Source: a bacterium
GTDB lineage: Bacteria > UBA8248
DNA length: 64,000 nt
Direction: 5' to 3'
Assembly: GCA_965221165.1 (NCBI GenBank)
Contig: CBDCRP010000002.1
Coordinates: forward strand, 384,001-448,000
A program made the translations under genes and the position numbers. Below the pieces are notes generated by a model that saw only the letters and a program-made list of their open reading frames with translations, did not search any database and had not been told where the DNA came from. The first letter of the stretch is position 1; each line of letters begins with the position of its first letter. Shown here in pieces: positions 9,641 through 21,325 of this stretch.

Positions 9641-10543
9641 CTATTCGGAGCGCAGTCTGGGGTCGAGCGTATCGCGCACGGCGTCGCCGAAGAGGTTGAA
9701 GGCGAAGACGGCGGCGGTGATGGCGAGACCGGGGAAAACGGGAATCCACGGCGCGCTTTCGGCGTATTCCTCAGCCCCTCCCTGAAGCATCAACCCCCAG
9801 GCGGCGGTGGGTTCCTGTACGCCGAGACCTAAGTAGGAGAGTGAGGCTTCGAGCAGTATCGCCTGGCCGAGGAAAGCAGTGAGCATGATGAGATAGGGCG
9901 CCATGACGTTGGGGATCATGTGCCGGAAGATGATGCGCACGTGCGCGAAGCCGAGAGCCCGGGCGGCGTCCACGTAGGGAATCTCGCGGATGGAGAGCGC
10001 GCTCGAGCGCACCACGCGGGCGCATCTGGGGATTAAGGGAATCGTGATGGCGAAAATCACGTTCTGCGTTCCGGTGCCGAAGATGGAAACCACCGAGAGC
10101 GCCATGATGATGAGCGGAAACGAGATGAAGATATCCATGAAGCGCTGAAAGATGAGGTCGAAGCGCCCGCCGAAATACGCACTCCCCACACCCAGGACGA
10201 GGCCGGCGGTGGAGCCCATTATGGAGGCCGAAAAGCCGATGAACAGCGCCGTTCTGGCGCCGAAGACGATGCGCGTAAAAATATCGCGCCCGAACTGATC
10301 CGTCCCGAACCAATGCGCGACGCTCGGGGCGACGTGCATGCTGTCGAAGGCATTCTGCACCGGATCGTAGAAGGTGATGACGTTCGCGAAACCGGCCAGC
10401 AGGATCATCACGAAGACGGCGCACGCGCTCACCGCGCCCAGCGGCTTCTTCCTCGCGGTATCCTTGAGCTTGCTCAACAGCGAGCGCTCGGGGACGGCGT
10501 CGAAATCCATCTCGGAGACGGCAAGGTCGGTGGGGGACGCCAT
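9641..10543 (-). CDS. Peptide/nickel ABC transporter permease (DppC-like)
   Basis: HWFGTDQFGRD, YVDAARALG EAA loop, EASLSYLGLG. Confidence 0.93.
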   Translation of the reverse strand: MASPTDLAVSEMDFDAVPERSLLSKLKDTARKKPLGAVSACAVFVMILLAGFANVITFYDPVQNAFDSMHVAPSVAHWFGTDQFGRDIFTRIVFGARTALFIGFSASIMGSTAGLVLGVGSAYFGGRFDLIFQRFMDIFISFPLIIMALSVVSIFGTGTQNVIFAITIPLIPRCARVVRSSALSIREIPYVDAARALGFAHVRIIFRHMIPNVMAPYLIMLTAFLGQAILLEASLSYLGLGVQEPTAAWGLMLQGGAEEYAESAPWIPVFPGLAITAAVFAFNLFGDAVRDTLDPRLRSE

Positions 10544-10554
10544 GGCGAAATCTC

Positions 10555-11526
10555 CTAGCTGTAGCGTATGCGCGGGTCGAGCCACGCATAGAGGATGTCG
10601 ATGAACAGGTTCGTAAATATAAAGACGACGGCCACGAGCATGACGAGCGACTGCGTCATGGTGTAGTCGTGGTTCGTCACCGACTCGACGAAGAGTTTCC
10701 CCAGGCCGTTCAAGTTGAAGACCTGTTCGGTCACCACCAGCCCGCCCATCAGGAAGGCGAACTCCAGGCCGATGACGGTCGCCACGGGCAGAAGCGAATT
10801 CTTGAGCGCATGGCGGTTGATGATGAGTTTCTCAAGCAACCCTTTCGCGCGTGCGGTACGCACATAATCCTCGCGCAGGACCTCTAAAAGGGCCGAGCGC
10901 GTCATGCGCGTGGCGACGGCGGAGTATCGATAACCCGTCGCGACGGCCGGCCATATCAACTGTGATATGTTGGCCACCGGGTCCTCCCATATCGGGGTAT
11001 AGTGAATCGGCGGCATCCAGGGGTCGCCGAAGAATTTTTGCGTCATGATCAAAAGGCCGAGAATGATGAGAATGCCCAGCCAGAACGAGGGCATGGCGAT
11101 GCCTGCGATGCTGATCGAGCGCACGACGTAGTCGATCCAGGTATCCTGCTTGATGGCGGATATCGTGCCGAGCGGAATGGCGATGAGGATGGCCGTGAGC
11201 GTCGCCATGATGGCGACCTGCAAGGAGAGTTCGAACCTAAGGCCGACCTCGTAGAGAATCGGCTTGCCCGTCCACATGGAGTTGCCCAGGTCGAACGTGA
11301 AGAATCCCGTGATGAAGTCGATGAACTGCACGTAGATGGGCGCGTCAATGCCCAGGTTCTGCTGGCACGTCGCTATCGCTTCCTTGTCCACGTACATGCC
11401 CGAGCCGGCCATGCGGAGTTCGCACACGTCACCCGGTATCAGGCGGAGCATGAAGAACACCAGCACCGCCGCTCCCAGGAGCGTCGGGAACATCAGCAAA
11501 ATTCTCTTGAGCGTATATTTGTACAC
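10555..11526 (-). CDS. Peptide/nickel ABC transporter permease (DppB-like)
   Basis: LIPGD, MPSFWLG, DYVRTARAKG, HALKN. Confidence 0.93.
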   Translation of the reverse strand: MYKYTLKRILLMFPTLLGAAVLVFFMLRLIPGDVCELRMAGSGMYVDKEAIATCQQNLGIDAPIYVQFIDFITGFFTFDLGNSMWTGKPILYEVGLRFELSLQVAIMATLTAILIAIPLGTISAIKQDTWIDYVVRSISIAGIAMPSFWLGILIILGLLIMTQKFFGDPWMPPIHYTPIWEDPVANISQLIWPAVATGYRYSAVATRMTRSALLEVLREDYVRTARAKGLLEKLIINRHALKNSLLPVATVIGLEFAFLMGGLVVTEQVFNLNGLGKLFVESVTNHDYTMTQSLVMLVAVVFIFTNLFIDILYAWLDPRIRYS

Positions 11527-11618
11527 TTCCTGCGCCCCTGCGTTTCAGGCCACGTGCGGCCCCGGGCCGCCCTCCCCCACCACCCCGGCGATCCGGGCGG
11601 CGAGGGAGACGATGCGGC

Positions 11619-13241
11619 CTATTTGTCGAGCCAGACGTTATCCAGATGCTGGTTCAGATAGTGGCTCGGCGCGATCTTCCAACCCTTCACGTAGCTTCGG
11701 TGGGGGTTGATCTTGTACCACCAGAGCGTCACGAACTGGTGCGCCATCTCATCGAGGGCGCGCTTTTCATACTTGCGCATGATGGCGCGCTGTTTCTTCA
11801 CGTCGGGCTCGCGGTTCATCTCGTCGAACCATTTGTCGAGCTGGCGATCCTGGTATTGCGCATACTGGTTGCCCGCCTTGTCGTCGGAGATGAATTTCGA
11901 TACGTCCACCAGCGGATTGATGACCGACTGGCAGTTGAAGTCGATGGACACGTCGAAGTTCTTCTTCTTTCTGAGCGTGGCGTAAAAAGGCCCGGAGGGC
12001 TGCACCCACTGCTTGACCTTTAGCCCGATTTTCCGCCACTGGTCGATGACCCAGGTGCCCACGACCTTGTAGGGCTGATCCACGCCCCGGTTATGCAGGG
12101 TGAACTCGAAGCCGCCCGGGAAGCCGGCTTCCTTGAGGAGCCTCTTGGCCTCGGCGCGGGATTTGTTGATGTCCGGCCAGTAGCCCGCGATTTTCGTCAA
12201 CTCCTCTTTCGTGGCCGCCAGGGGATGCTTGGGAAAAACCACGCCGCCCACGGTCTTCACGATGGCGATGCGAGAGAGGTATTTGGAGCCGCCCCAGCGG
12301 TCAATCGCCAGCGTAAGCGCCCGGCGCACGCGCGCGTCGTCGAAAGGCTTGCGTTTGTGGTTGGGCGTCACCATGAGATTGCAGTTCCAGTCGCTTTCCT
12401 GGACCGTGAGCTTATCGCCCAGCGCGTTCTTGAGATCATCGCGCGCCTTGGGCGGAAATCCGCGAAATTCGATGGCCGCGCGGTCGCCCCGAATGGCCTG
12501 GAGGCGAATGGCCATCTTGGGCGCGGAAATCGCCCGATAACCATCGAGGTAGGGTTTTCCCTTGTGGTGGTATTTGGCGTAGCGCTTGCCCTCGACGAAC
12601 GCGCCCGGCTGGTGCTGCACGAACGTGAAGGCGCCCGTGCCGTTCACGTTTTTCTGATGCCATCTGTAGCCGTGCTTGTCGAGGTCGGCCTTCGAGTAGA
12701 TGAAGTTGTAGGGAAGCGCGAGCGCCGGAACGAAGGCGCCCGTGGGGTATTTCAGCTTAAAAACCAGCGTCTCGGGGTCCGGTGCGGTGACTGATTTCAC
12801 CATGCTGAAAAACGCCTTGCGGTTGCTCTCGATGCCCTTCGGCGGGCTGATGATCTTATCGTAGGTCGCCTTCACGTCCGCCGAGGTGAGTTTCTGGCCG
12901 TTGTGGAACGAGATGTCCTTGCGGATTTTGAAGGTGTACTTCGTGTGCCCTTCGGTCGGCTTCGGCACCCCGCCCTCGCACACGTCGCAGATGAAATCCG
13001 TGGGCGATGCGGGGTTATCCGGATTCACGCGAATCAGGAGGCTGTAGAAGGGACGAAGCGGGTGAATCATCCCGAAGGTGGATTCGATGTGGCCGTCGTA
13101 TGAGGGAATCTTACTGCCGACGACGAATTTGAGAACGCCGCCCTTCCTGGGAGCCGCCTCGGCGGGTGGAGCAAAACTCCAGAGCGCCAGAGCGAACAGC
13201 GCCGCCAAGATAAGTGAGGTTTTAAAACAGGTCTTAAACAT
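11619..13241 (-). CDS. ABC transporter substrate-binding protein, family 5
   Basis: Signal peptide ending AEA; FHNGQKLTSADVKAT, GTGAF, PFDDARVRRAL. Confidence 0.93.
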   Translation of the reverse strand: MFKTCFKTSLILAALFALALWSFAPPAEAAPRKGGVLKFVVGSKIPSYDGHIESTFGMIHPLRPFYSLLIRVNPDNPASPTDFICDVCEGGVPKPTEGHTKYTFKIRKDISFHNGQKLTSADVKATYDKIISPPKGIESNRKAFFSMVKSVTAPDPETLVFKLKYPTGAFVPALALPYNFIYSKADLDKHGYRWHQKNVNGTGAFTFVQHQPGAFVEGKRYAKYHHKGKPYLDGYRAISAPKMAIRLQAIRGDRAAIEFRGFPPKARDDLKNALGDKLTVQESDWNCNLMVTPNHKRKPFDDARVRRALTLAIDRWGGSKYLSRIAIVKTVGGVVFPKHPLAATKEELTKIAGYWPDINKSRAEAKRLLKEAGFPGGFEFTLHNRGVDQPYKVVGTWVIDQWRKIGLKVKQWVQPSGPFYATLRKKKNFDVSIDFNCQSVINPLVDVSKFISDDKAGNQYAQYQDRQLDKWFDEMNREPDVKKQRAIMRKYEKRALDEMAHQFVTLWWYKINPHRSYVKGWKIAPSHYLNQHLDNVWLDK

Positions 13242-13329
13242 ATGGATGCCTCCTTTTTAAGTCCTCGGGTAAAATTCGTACATCCCAAATCAAGTCATGA
13301 AACAAGAGAAACAACAAATCCAAAAAATT

Positions 13330-14364
13330 TCAGACTTCCGTACAGGCCACCCAATGGCCCGGCCTCAACTCCCGCAACGCAGGCACCTCTTTAGAGCAGC
13401 TATCCACCGCGATAGGACACCGGGGATGAAACACACAGCCCGCCGGCGGGTTTATCGGGCTGGGCACCTCTCCCGCGACGATTCTGATATCCCGTTTTTG
13501 CTCGACTTCGGGGTCCGGCACCGGAACGGCCGAAAGCAGCGCCCGCGTATAGGGATGCATCGGATTATCGTACAAATCATCACAATCCGCCAATTCCACG
13601 ATCCGGCCCAGATACATGACCGCCACCCGGTGGCAAAGGTGGCGCACCACGCTCAAATCGTGCGCAATGAACAGGTACGTCAGATTATATTCGTCTCTCA
13701 AATCTTCGAGCAAATTGATGATTTGCGCCTGAATGGACACGTCGAGCGCCGAGACGGGTTCATCGCAGATGATAAAATCGGGCTTAAGGCTCAAGGCCCG
13801 GGCGATTCCCACGCGCTGGCGCTGCCCGCCGCTCATCTCGTGAGGGTATCTATCCGCCATCTTGGGATTGAGCCCGCAGACGCTGAGCAGTTCGCTGACT
13901 GCGTGCTTTCGCTTCCGGGCGTCGGGTTCGATGCCGTGGACGTACATGGGCTCGTCTATCATCTCGCCGATCTTCATGCGCGGGTTCAGAGAGCTGTAAG
14001 GGTCCTGGAAGATGACCTGTATCTTCTGGCGATACTCGCGCAGCGCCACCTGATCGAGTTTCGTCAAATCCACGCCGTCGAAAAAAATTTCGCCCTCCGT
14101 GGGTCGTTCGAGTTGAAGAATGCACCTGCCCGTCGTCGTCTTGCCGCAGCCGCTCTCGCCCACGAGACCCAGCGTCTCGCCCCGCCTGATGTGGAAATCC
14201 ACGCCGTCCACCGCCTTCACGAGGCCGACGAGCTTGTTGAAAACGATGCCCTCGGTTATGGGAAAGTGCATCTTGAGGCCCTTGACGTCCACGAGCACGT
14301 CGCCAAGCCCCCCGTTTCGGGAGAGTTGAGCATCATTTTCGAGGGTGGCCGCGTCATGAGTCAT
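13330..14364 (-). CDS. Oligopeptide ABC ATPase (DppF/OppF-like)
   Basis: [25 protein letters not shown]-terminal GCVFHPRC. Confidence 0.94.
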   Translation of the reverse strand: MTHDAATLENDAQLSRNGGLGDVLVDVKGLKMHFPITEGIVFNKLVGLVKAVDGVDFHIRRGETLGLVGESGCGKTTTGRCILQLERPTEGEIFFDGVDLTKLDQVALREYRQKIQVIFQDPYSSLNPRMKIGEMIDEPMYVHGIEPDARKRKHAVSELLSVCGLNPKMADRYPHEMSGGQRQRVGIARALSLKPDFIICDEPVSALDVSIQAQIINLLEDLRDEYNLTYLFIAHDLSVVRHLCHRVAVMYLGRIVELADCDDLYDNPMHPYTRALLSAVPVPDPEVEQKRDIRIVAGEVPSPINPPAGCVFHPRCPIAVDSCSKEVPALRELRPGHWVACTEV

Positions 14365-14368
14365 TCGC

Positions 14369-15358
14369 TCATCCTTTCACCGTTTCAAGATTGTACTTTT
14401 CCCAGCAAGCGGCGAGATGCCCGTTTCCCACAGTCTCCAGCGGCGGCATCTCACTCGCGCATCTACCCACGGCGAACTTGCACCGTGGCAGAAAAGAGCA
14501 ACTCTCCCCCAGGCGCGTGAGGTCGGGCGGTTGCCCGTCGATGGGATCCAGGCGCTTTTGTCTGGGCTGATCGAGCCTCGGCACGGAACTCAGCAGCCCC
14601 AGGGTGTATGGATGTCTGGGTTCGCGGTAGATGTCCGCCGCAAGACCGCGCTCGATAATCTTTCCGGCATACATGACGTTCACGCGATCCGCATACCGGG
14701 CCACCACGCCGAGGTTGTGCGTGATGATGATGAGCGCCACGCCGAGACGCTTGGTGAGGTTTTTCATCAACTCCAGAATCTGGGCCTGGATGGTGACGTC
14801 GAGCGCCGTCGTCGGCTCATCCGCGATGATGAGCTTCGGCTCGCAGCAAAGCGCCATCGCAATCATCACCCTTTGCCGCATCCCGCCGCTTAAGTGATGG
14901 GGATATTGCCGAATACGCCGCTCAGGCTCGGATATACCCACGAGGCGGAGATATTCGACCGCTTTTCTCTCCGCGTCGGCTCTTTCCATGCGGAGGTGAT
15001 GCTCCATCGTCTCGGTGAGTTGTAATCCGATGGTCAAAACGGGATTGAGGGAGGTCATCGGCTCCTGAAAGATCATGCCGATCTGGCGGCCCCGGATGTT
15101 TCTGATCTGGAGATCGTCGAGCCCAATCAGATCATCGCCCAGAAAGCGTATCGCTCCCCCGACGATGCGGCCGGGCGGGTTCGGGATGAGACCGAGAACA
15201 GAGAGCGCACTCACGGACTTCCCGCAGCCCGATTCGCCGACAATCGCCACCGTCTCGCCTTCCTGAACGTCGTAGGAGATGCCGTTGACGGCCTTGACGA
15301 CGCCGGAGGAGGTAAAAAAATGGGTGTTCAAGTCCTCGATTTCAAGAAGCGCGCTCAT
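14369..15358 (-). CDS. Oligopeptide ABC ATPase (DppD/OppD-like)
   Basis: [24 protein letters not shown]. Confidence 0.94.
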   Translation of the reverse strand: MSALLEIEDLNTHFFTSSGVVKAVNGISYDVQEGETVAIVGESGCGKSVSALSVLGLIPNPPGRIVGGAIRFLGDDLIGLDDLQIRNIRGRQIGMIFQEPMTSLNPVLTIGLQLTETMEHHLRMERADAERKAVEYLRLVGISEPERRIRQYPHHLSGGMRQRVMIAMALCCEPKLIIADEPTTALDVTIQAQILELMKNLTKRLGVALIIITHNLGVVARYADRVNVMYAGKIIERGLAADIYREPRHPYTLGLLSSVPRLDQPRQKRLDPIDGQPPDLTRLGESCSFLPRCKFAVGRCASEMPPLETVGNGHLAACWEKYNLETVKG

Positions 15359-15531
15359 CGACCCTCCCCCTTACGAAACCAGGAAGAAACAAAGTCGAAA
15401 AATGTCACTGGAGCTTTGTCAATCCAGGGTAGGGAAAACACTAAATGTTGTTGAATGCAAAGTCAATCGGCGATTTTCGACGCATGGGCGGGGGCCTTTT
15501 TCAGGCGTTAAATAGTGGGCGAAACGCGGCG

Positions 15532-17643
15532 TCAGGCGGAGTTTCCGGTGATGACGAGCGCATCCGCCACGAGGCATCCCCTGCCCGCCTCGCGCAGAAA
15601 AACGGGGTTCAAATCAATCTCCTCAATCTGCTCACGGTGAGCGAAAGCGACCTCTCCCAGGCGGCGGATGGCCTCGGCGAAGGCTTCCGTGTCGAGCGGC
15701 CCGCACCCCCGGTGGCTCCCGAATATCTTTTTGCTCTTAAGCTCATCCATCATCTCGTGGGCGTCATCAAGCACAAGGGGCGCTGCGCGCGCGCTCACGT
15801 CGTCGAGCAGTTCCACGTCCCTCCCGCCCAGGCCAATCGTCACCATCGGACCGAACTGAGCGTCCTTTCTCACGCCCAACAAGAACTCGACGCCATCCTC
15901 GACTTGCTCCTGAAGGAGATAGCCCTCCAGATCACATTTCTCCCAGAGGCTCGTGATTTCAGAGAGGGCGGCTTCGAGCGACGCCTCATCGCCTAAGCCC
16001 GTTTTCACGAGCCCCCATTCCGTCTTGTGGTGAATTTTCGAGGACACCCCCTTCAAAACGAGCGGAAAGCGCAAATCCCTCGCTGCGCGGCGCACCTCTT
16101 CTTCTGTGCGGCAATACCGATGGGCCACCACGGGCAAACCGAAATCTCGAACGAGCGCCAGACATTGCGCCTCATTCAGTGATCCAGCGCTCGACAGGAT
16201 CTCCACAACCGAGGGGGATGGCGCTTCATAAGCGGGCCGCGGCGCGCTCTTTTTTCTTCTCTTCAAAACTTTTGCATACCGCACCAGAGCCGCCGCCGCG
16301 CGTGCACAGCCCGAGATGGACTGAAAAGAGGCGATTCCCTCTCCCGCAAGAAGCCTGTGCGCATCCTCCGCATGGGGATTGAAATAGGCCAGCATGGGAA
16401 CATCCGGGCTCGTCCGCTTCAACCGGACGATGGGTTCGACCCCCATCTCGGGCTTGAACTGCGCGCTCGAACCCACGATGGGGATCACCGCGTCGAAAGA
16501 GCCGCTCTCGAGAAAAGATTCGAGAAAATCAGAATACAGATGAATGTCCGCGATGGTGGTATCGAGCGGATTCTCTATCCGTCCGAACGCGGGGTGTTTT
16601 TCCTTTATCCGCGCGCGCAGGGCGTCATCCATCTCGGCGACCTGAAGGCCGAGCATCCCGCATTTATCGGCCATCAAGGCGCCGGCCCCGCCCGTCGTCG
16701 TCACGACCCCCACCCTGTCTCCTGCAGGTCTCGACGAGACGCAAAACATGTGCGCGACCTCGAAAAGCGCTTCGAGGTCATCCACCCGCGCAACGCCCCA
16801 TTGCCGGAACAGCGCCTCATACACCCTGTCCTCACCCACCATGGCCCCCGTATGGCTCAAGGCCGCGCGTTCACCCTCGCTCGCTTCGCCCACCTTCAGC
16901 ACGACCACGGGCTTCTCCCGGCGCAGCGCTTTTTCGAGAACCTTTTTGAATTTCTCCCCGTCGCGCACCCCTTCGAGATAGACCGCGACGGCGTGGGTGT
17001 GGGAATCGTCGATGAGATAGTCGAGATAATCCGAGACCTCCAGATCCATTTCGTTGCCGCAGGAGATCAGGTAGCTGAACCCGATGCCGCGCTGCGTCGC
17101 GCGAGAGAGCAAAGCGCCGCCGATGCTCCCGCTCTGGCAGACGACCCCGATGCGCCCCGGCAGCATCTCCTCCACGTCGAGCGCGATTAAGCCCGCCAAA
17201 TGAAAATTATGATGAAAATTATGAACGCCCGCCGTATTCGGCCCGCAAACGCGGATGCCGGCATCCCGGGCGATGCGCTGAATGTCAGCTTCCAGGCCCG
17301 CACCCGCCTCGTCCGCCTCGGAAAACCCGCCGGTATAGATGATGGCCGCGCCCACTCCCGACTCGGCGCATTCGGCCAGAACGCCCGCCACTCTCTCTCT
17401 TCCTACGGTGATGAAAGCGACGTCCGGCGCTTCGGGGAGCGCGTCGAGCCGCGGCCGGCAGCGCAGTCCGGCCACTTCCTCGTATTTGGGATTTATGGGA
17501 TATACCCGTCCCGAAAAACCGTGGCGAAGCAGGTTCTTCACCACGCGGCCGTTGAATTGCTCCAAATTCGCCGACGCCCCGACCACGGCTATCGACTCGG
17601 GCGTGAGGAGACCCTCGATTCCTTTGGGGGTAGCGCGTCGCAT
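15532..17643 (-). CDS. Acetate/acyl-CoA ligase (ADP-forming) family, fused CoA-binding and ATP-grasp domains
   Basis: SIAVVGAS, GPNT, QSGSIG, SHTG phospho-His motif, HKTEWG, EIDLNPV. Confidence 0.9.
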   Translation of the reverse strand: MRRATPKGIEGLLTPESIAVVGASANLEQFNGRVVKNLLRHGFSGRVYPINPKYEEVAGLRCRPRLDALPEAPDVAFITVGRERVAGVLAECAESGVGAAIIYTGGFSEADEAGAGLEADIQRIARDAGIRVCGPNTAGVHNFHHNFHLAGLIALDVEEMLPGRIGVVCQSGSIGGALLSRATQRGIGFSYLISCGNEMDLEVSDYLDYLIDDSHTHAVAVYLEGVRDGEKFKKVLEKALRREKPVVVLKVGEASEGERAALSHTGAMVGEDRVYEALFRQWGVARVDDLEALFEVAHMFCVSSRPAGDRVGVVTTTGGAGALMADKCGMLGLQVAEMDDALRARIKEKHPAFGRIENPLDTTIADIHLYSDFLESFLESGSFDAVIPIVGSSAQFKPEMGVEPIVRLKRTSPDVPMLAYFNPHAEDAHRLLAGEGIASFQSISGCARAAAALVRYAKVLKRRKKSAPRPAYEAPSPSVVEILSSAGSLNEAQCLALVRDFGLPVVAHRYCRTEEEVRRAARDLRFPLVLKGVSSKIHHKTEWGLVKTGLGDEASLEAALSEITSLWEKCDLEGYLLQEQVEDGVEFLLGVRKDAQFGPMVTIGLGGRDVELLDDVSARAAPLVLDDAHEMMDELKSKKIFGSHRGCGPLDTEAFAEAIRRLGEVAFAHREQIEEIDLNPVFLREAGRGCLVADALVITGNSA

Positions 17644-17681
17644 GCTCAGGCGAAATCCCTAAAATTCATGGCGAGTAGAAA

Positions 17682-18833
17682 TTACGCTCTTGGCGGGCGC
17701 TGGCTGAAGGGGCGCTCATAGATCAGGGAAGCCAGGCGGTTTCTCAACATCTCGGCGGAGCCTCCCGCGATGGACCACCCGCGAATCTTGCGGTAGAGAA
17801 ACTCGAGCGGCATCTCGGTCGAAAAACCATAGCCGCCGTGAAGCTGAATCGCGTCGTCCGCCACCTGGCGCGCCATCTCGTTGCAGTAGAGTTTCGCGCT
17901 CGTCGTCTCCAGCGCCGAGGGCAGACCCGCGCGCGCGTTCGAGAGCGCCCTATACAGGAGCAGGCGCGCCGCTTCGAGCTTGACCCGCATGTCCGCCACC
18001 ATCCACTGCACTCCCTGAAACTCACACAAGGGGCGCCCGAATTGGCGCCTCTCGCTGGTGTGGGCGACCGTCATATCGTAAGCCGCCTGCGCCAGGGCGA
18101 GGCAGCGCGTGGCGTTCCCCAGCCGCTCCACGTTGAACACGGGCATGAGCACCTGAAAACCCTCCGCATCCACCAGCACGTTCTCCTTTGGCGCGCGCGC
18201 GTTCTCGAAGTGAAGCGCGCAGTGCGCCTCCCCGCTCATGTAATGCTCGGTCTTTCCCTTCGTGAAGCCGGGCGTTCCCGTCTCCACCACGACGGCCCCG
18301 CAATCCCGCGGCCTGGGGCCGAAGCGGACGTAGACGACGAACAAATCCGCGTGCGGGGCGTTGGAGCTGAAACACTTCCGGCCGTTCACGACGACGCTCT
18401 CGCCGTCATATTCCGCCGTGGTTTGTAAATCCGTGGCGGCTGATCCGGCGTCGGGCTCCGTCATGCTGATGGAGATGATCTTCTCGCCCCGGCATATCGA
18501 GGGCAAAAAGCGTTTCTTTTGCTCGGCGGAACCCAACTCGTCTATCACGCGGATGGGCCCCATGTTCCCCATCTGCACCACGTCGCCGCTGTGGGGGCAC
18601 ACCTGGGAGACCGCTTCCATCACCAGGCAGGCCTCGAATATCGAGCGCCCCGCTCCGTGGGGTTCGGCCACCGTCATGCCCATCATGCCGTGCTCGGCCA
18701 GCACCTGCATCGAACGCCGGGGGTATTCGCCCGTCCGCGCATAGGAGAAGGCATCGGGCGCGAATTCCCTTAAGGCCAACTCGCGCGCCGTCTGCTGGAG
18801 CATGCGGTCCGAATCTTCGAGTTGAAAATCCAC
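17682..18833 (-). CDS. Acyl-CoA dehydrogenase
   Basis: MTEPDAGS, NGRKCF, RRQFGRPL, QLHGGYG. Confidence 0.92.
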   Translation of the reverse strand: MDFQLEDSDRMLQQTARELALREFAPDAFSYARTGEYPRRSMQVLAEHGMMGMTVAEPHGAGRSIFEACLVMEAVSQVCPHSGDVVQMGNMGPIRVIDELGSAEQKKRFLPSICRGEKIISISMTEPDAGSAATDLQTTAEYDGESVVVNGRKCFSSNAPHADLFVVYVRFGPRPRDCGAVVVETGTPGFTKGKTEHYMSGEAHCALHFENARAPKENVLVDAEGFQVLMPVFNVERLGNATRCLALAQAAYDMTVAHTSERRQFGRPLCEFQGVQWMVADMRVKLEAARLLLYRALSNARAGLPSALETTSAKLYCNEMARQVADDAIQLHGGYGFSTEMPLEFLYRKIRGWSIAGGSAEMLRNRLASLIYERPFSQRPPRA

Positions 18834-19073
18834 AACCTTCCCTCACATTTGTTTCAAGGATCACATCGCAATACCTAAAAACGCGCCGCCTGCCCTGCTG
18901 CTCACTCCAAGCGGACGCGTGCGGTACCCCAAGTTTTACAACACCTTCGGTTTCGAGGCGAGTTTCCGCCGCGCACCGATGAAATACTGCCGTGCCCCGG
19001 GTCCGGGAGGGCTTTGGACAGCGCCCGAATTATTCTACAATCACAGAATCCACCATCCGCCACGGAGGCCGCG

Positions 19074-19775
19074 ATGACCACCACACATGACACCCCGTTT
19101 CGCGTCGGCCTTCTCGTTCCCTCCTCGAACTCCACGATGGAGCGCGATTTTCACAAGAACCTGCCGGAGGGAGTCTTCACCGCCACCTCCCGCATGTTCC
19201 TCGATGAGACGACGAAGCAGGCCGAAATCCGCATGATCGAAGAATCCCTGCCCGAGGCGAACCGGATGCTCAGGACCGTTCATCCCCATTTTTGCGTCTT
19301 CGGCTGTACGTCGGGCGGCGCACTCTTCGGACAGGCGCATGACCAGAAAATAAAAGCGCAAATCGAAGAGCAAACCGGCGCGGAGACGGTCACCATTCTT
19401 TCTGCGCTTGCGCGTGAATTCGCCGAAATGGGAGCGAGGAAACTCGTGGTGCTCACGCCATATATCGATGAGTTGAACGGGGCCATACGCGCGTCGCTTG
19501 AAGAAGACGGGCTGGAAGTTCTCTCGATAGACGGCATGGGGCTGACGGACAACATCGAGATCGGCAACACGCGGGCGGATAAAATCCTCAAATTCGCGGA
19601 CGAGAAGCTCTCCCCTCAGAACTTGAAAAAAGCTGACTGTCTTTTCATCTCCTGCACGAACCTGCCCGCCGTCGACGCTTTACCTGAGATTCACGCCCGC
19701 TACCCCGACTTGCCCGTGATGACGAGCAACCTCGCCGCTCTCCTGGCGGTGCGTAGAAAATTTGAAGGAGAATGA
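19074..19775 (+). CDS. Asp/Glu racemase superfamily, maleate isomerase/arylmalonate decarboxylase-like
   Basis: GLLVPSSNSTME, FGCTSG, TPY, ISCTNL (both catalytic Cys present). Confidence 0.85.
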   Translation: MTTTHDTPFRVGLLVPSSNSTMERDFHKNLPEGVFTATSRMFLDETTKQAEIRMIEESLPEANRMLRTVHPHFCVFGCTSGGALFGQAHDQKIKAQIEEQTGAETVTILSALAREFAEMGARKLVVLTPYIDELNGAIRASLEEDGLEVLSIDGMGLTDNIEIGNTRADKILKFADEKLSPQNLKKADCLFISCTNLPAVDALPEIHARYPDLPVMTSNLAALLAVRRKFEGE

Positions 19776-19936
19776 CAAAGGCGGGCGCTCCCATATTGCG
19801 CCTCGCTCTCTTTCTCTCCCGGAAAAATCGGTGTAGGATGCTCTTACGCTTTATAGGCATGGAAGGCATCCGGCACCAAGGCCGCTCGGGGCGCGATCTC
19901 CTTGCGCAGGATGCGTATGAACCTCACCAGAATGGA

Positions 19937-21325
19937 GTGAATTCAATCTTGGAAGCGCGCGTACTCTCCCCTTGCGGCGTCATCGGCTCCGGCTTTCCCG
20001 AAAGCTCCTTTAAGCGCGGGTTGTCCATGAAACCCCACGTCATCGCCTGCGACGGGGGATCGACGGACAACGGGCCGGCTTTTCTCGGCGCGGGAAAACC
20101 GAATTTCTCACGCTCGGCGACCAAGCGCGACCTGAAGCTCATGCTCCAGGGACGCGAAACCCTGGGCGTCCCCGTGATCGTGGGGTCATGCGGCACGGCG
20201 GGCGGCGACGCAGGGCTCGAGTGGATGCGCGATATTTGCCTGGAAATCGCCCGCGAGGAGGGCCTGAGCTTCAATCTCGCACTGGTGCGCGGCGAACAGG
20301 ACAAGGCGTATCTCAAGAAAAAATACAAGGAGGGCCGCATCCGGGCGCTCGACCCGGCACCCCCGCTCGATGAAGAGATAATCGAAAAGAGCGCGCACAT
20401 CGTGGGCATGATGGGCGATGAACCCATCGCCCGGGCGCTCGACCAAGGAGCGGACGTGGTGTTGACCGGCAGGGCTTCGGACACGTCGGTTTTCGCCTGT
20501 CACCCCGTGCGAATGGGTGCGGACCGGGGCCTTTCCTGGCACGCGGCCAAAATACTCGAATGCGGCGCGGCCTGCGCCGTGCACCGCGCGCGGCCGGATG
20601 GCTGTTTCGCCTGGATTCGCGACGATCATTTCGTGGTCGAGCCGCTGAACCCGCAGATGTACTGCACCCCGCAGAGCGTGGCCTCCCATACGCTGTATGA
20701 AAACACGGACCCTTACCGTATCACCGAACCCGCGGGCGTCCTCGATACGACCCACTCGGCCTACGCGGCGGAAAGCGAGCGCGCCGTGCGCGTGGGAGGG
20801 TCCGAATTTCATACGGCGGAGCGGTATTCCATCAAGCTCGAAGGGGCCGAACTCGTCGGCTACCAGTCGGTGATCATCGGCGGGGTGCGCGACCCCATGA
20901 TACTCAAGCAACTGGACTCCTGGCTCGACGGGGTCAGGGAGGGCTTCGAGACGCGCGTTCAGGAAATCTTCCCCGACCGGGAGATACCGCCCGTCTATCA
21001 ACTCCACATCCGCGTATTCGGGCGCGACGCCGTGATGGGGACGCTCGAACCGGAGGCGGGCCGGATGCCGCACGAGGTGGGCGTTCTCTTCGAGGTTACG
21101 GCGGAGGATCAGGTATCCGCCAACACGATGGCGGCCACCCTGGCCCATTTCGCGCTCCACTACCCCATTCCCGAGTGGGGCGGCCTCATTTCGACCCTGG
21201 CGTTTCCCTTCACGCCGGCGGAACTCGAAAAAGGCCCCGTTTATCGCTTCAACCTGAACCACGTCGTCTACCCGGACGACCCCTACGAGATGTTCCCGGC
21301 CGAGATGATGGAGGTGTCGAACTGA
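19937..21325 (+). CDS. AtuA/DUF1446 family protein
   Basis: IACDGGSTDNGP, GRASD, WHAAKILECGA, SHTLYE; start codon approximate (GTG 19937 or TTG 19949). Confidence 0.8.
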   Translation: MNSILEARVLSPCGVIGSGFPESSFKRGLSMKPHVIACDGGSTDNGPAFLGAGKPNFSRSATKRDLKLMLQGRETLGVPVIVGSCGTAGGDAGLEWMRDICLEIAREEGLSFNLALVRGEQDKAYLKKKYKEGRIRALDPAPPLDEEIIEKSAHIVGMMGDEPIARALDQGADVVLTGRASDTSVFACHPVRMGADRGLSWHAAKILECGAACAVHRARPDGCFAWIRDDHFVVEPLNPQMYCTPQSVASHTLYENTDPYRITEPAGVLDTTHSAYAAESERAVRVGGSEFHTAERYSIKLEGAELVGYQSVIIGGVRDPMILKQLDSWLDGVREGFETRVQEIFPDREIPPVYQLHIRVFGRDAVMGTLEPEAGRMPHEVGVLFEVTAEDQVSANTMAATLAHFALHYPIPEWGGLISTLAFPFTPAELEKGPVYRFNLNHVVYPDDPYEMFPAEMMEVSN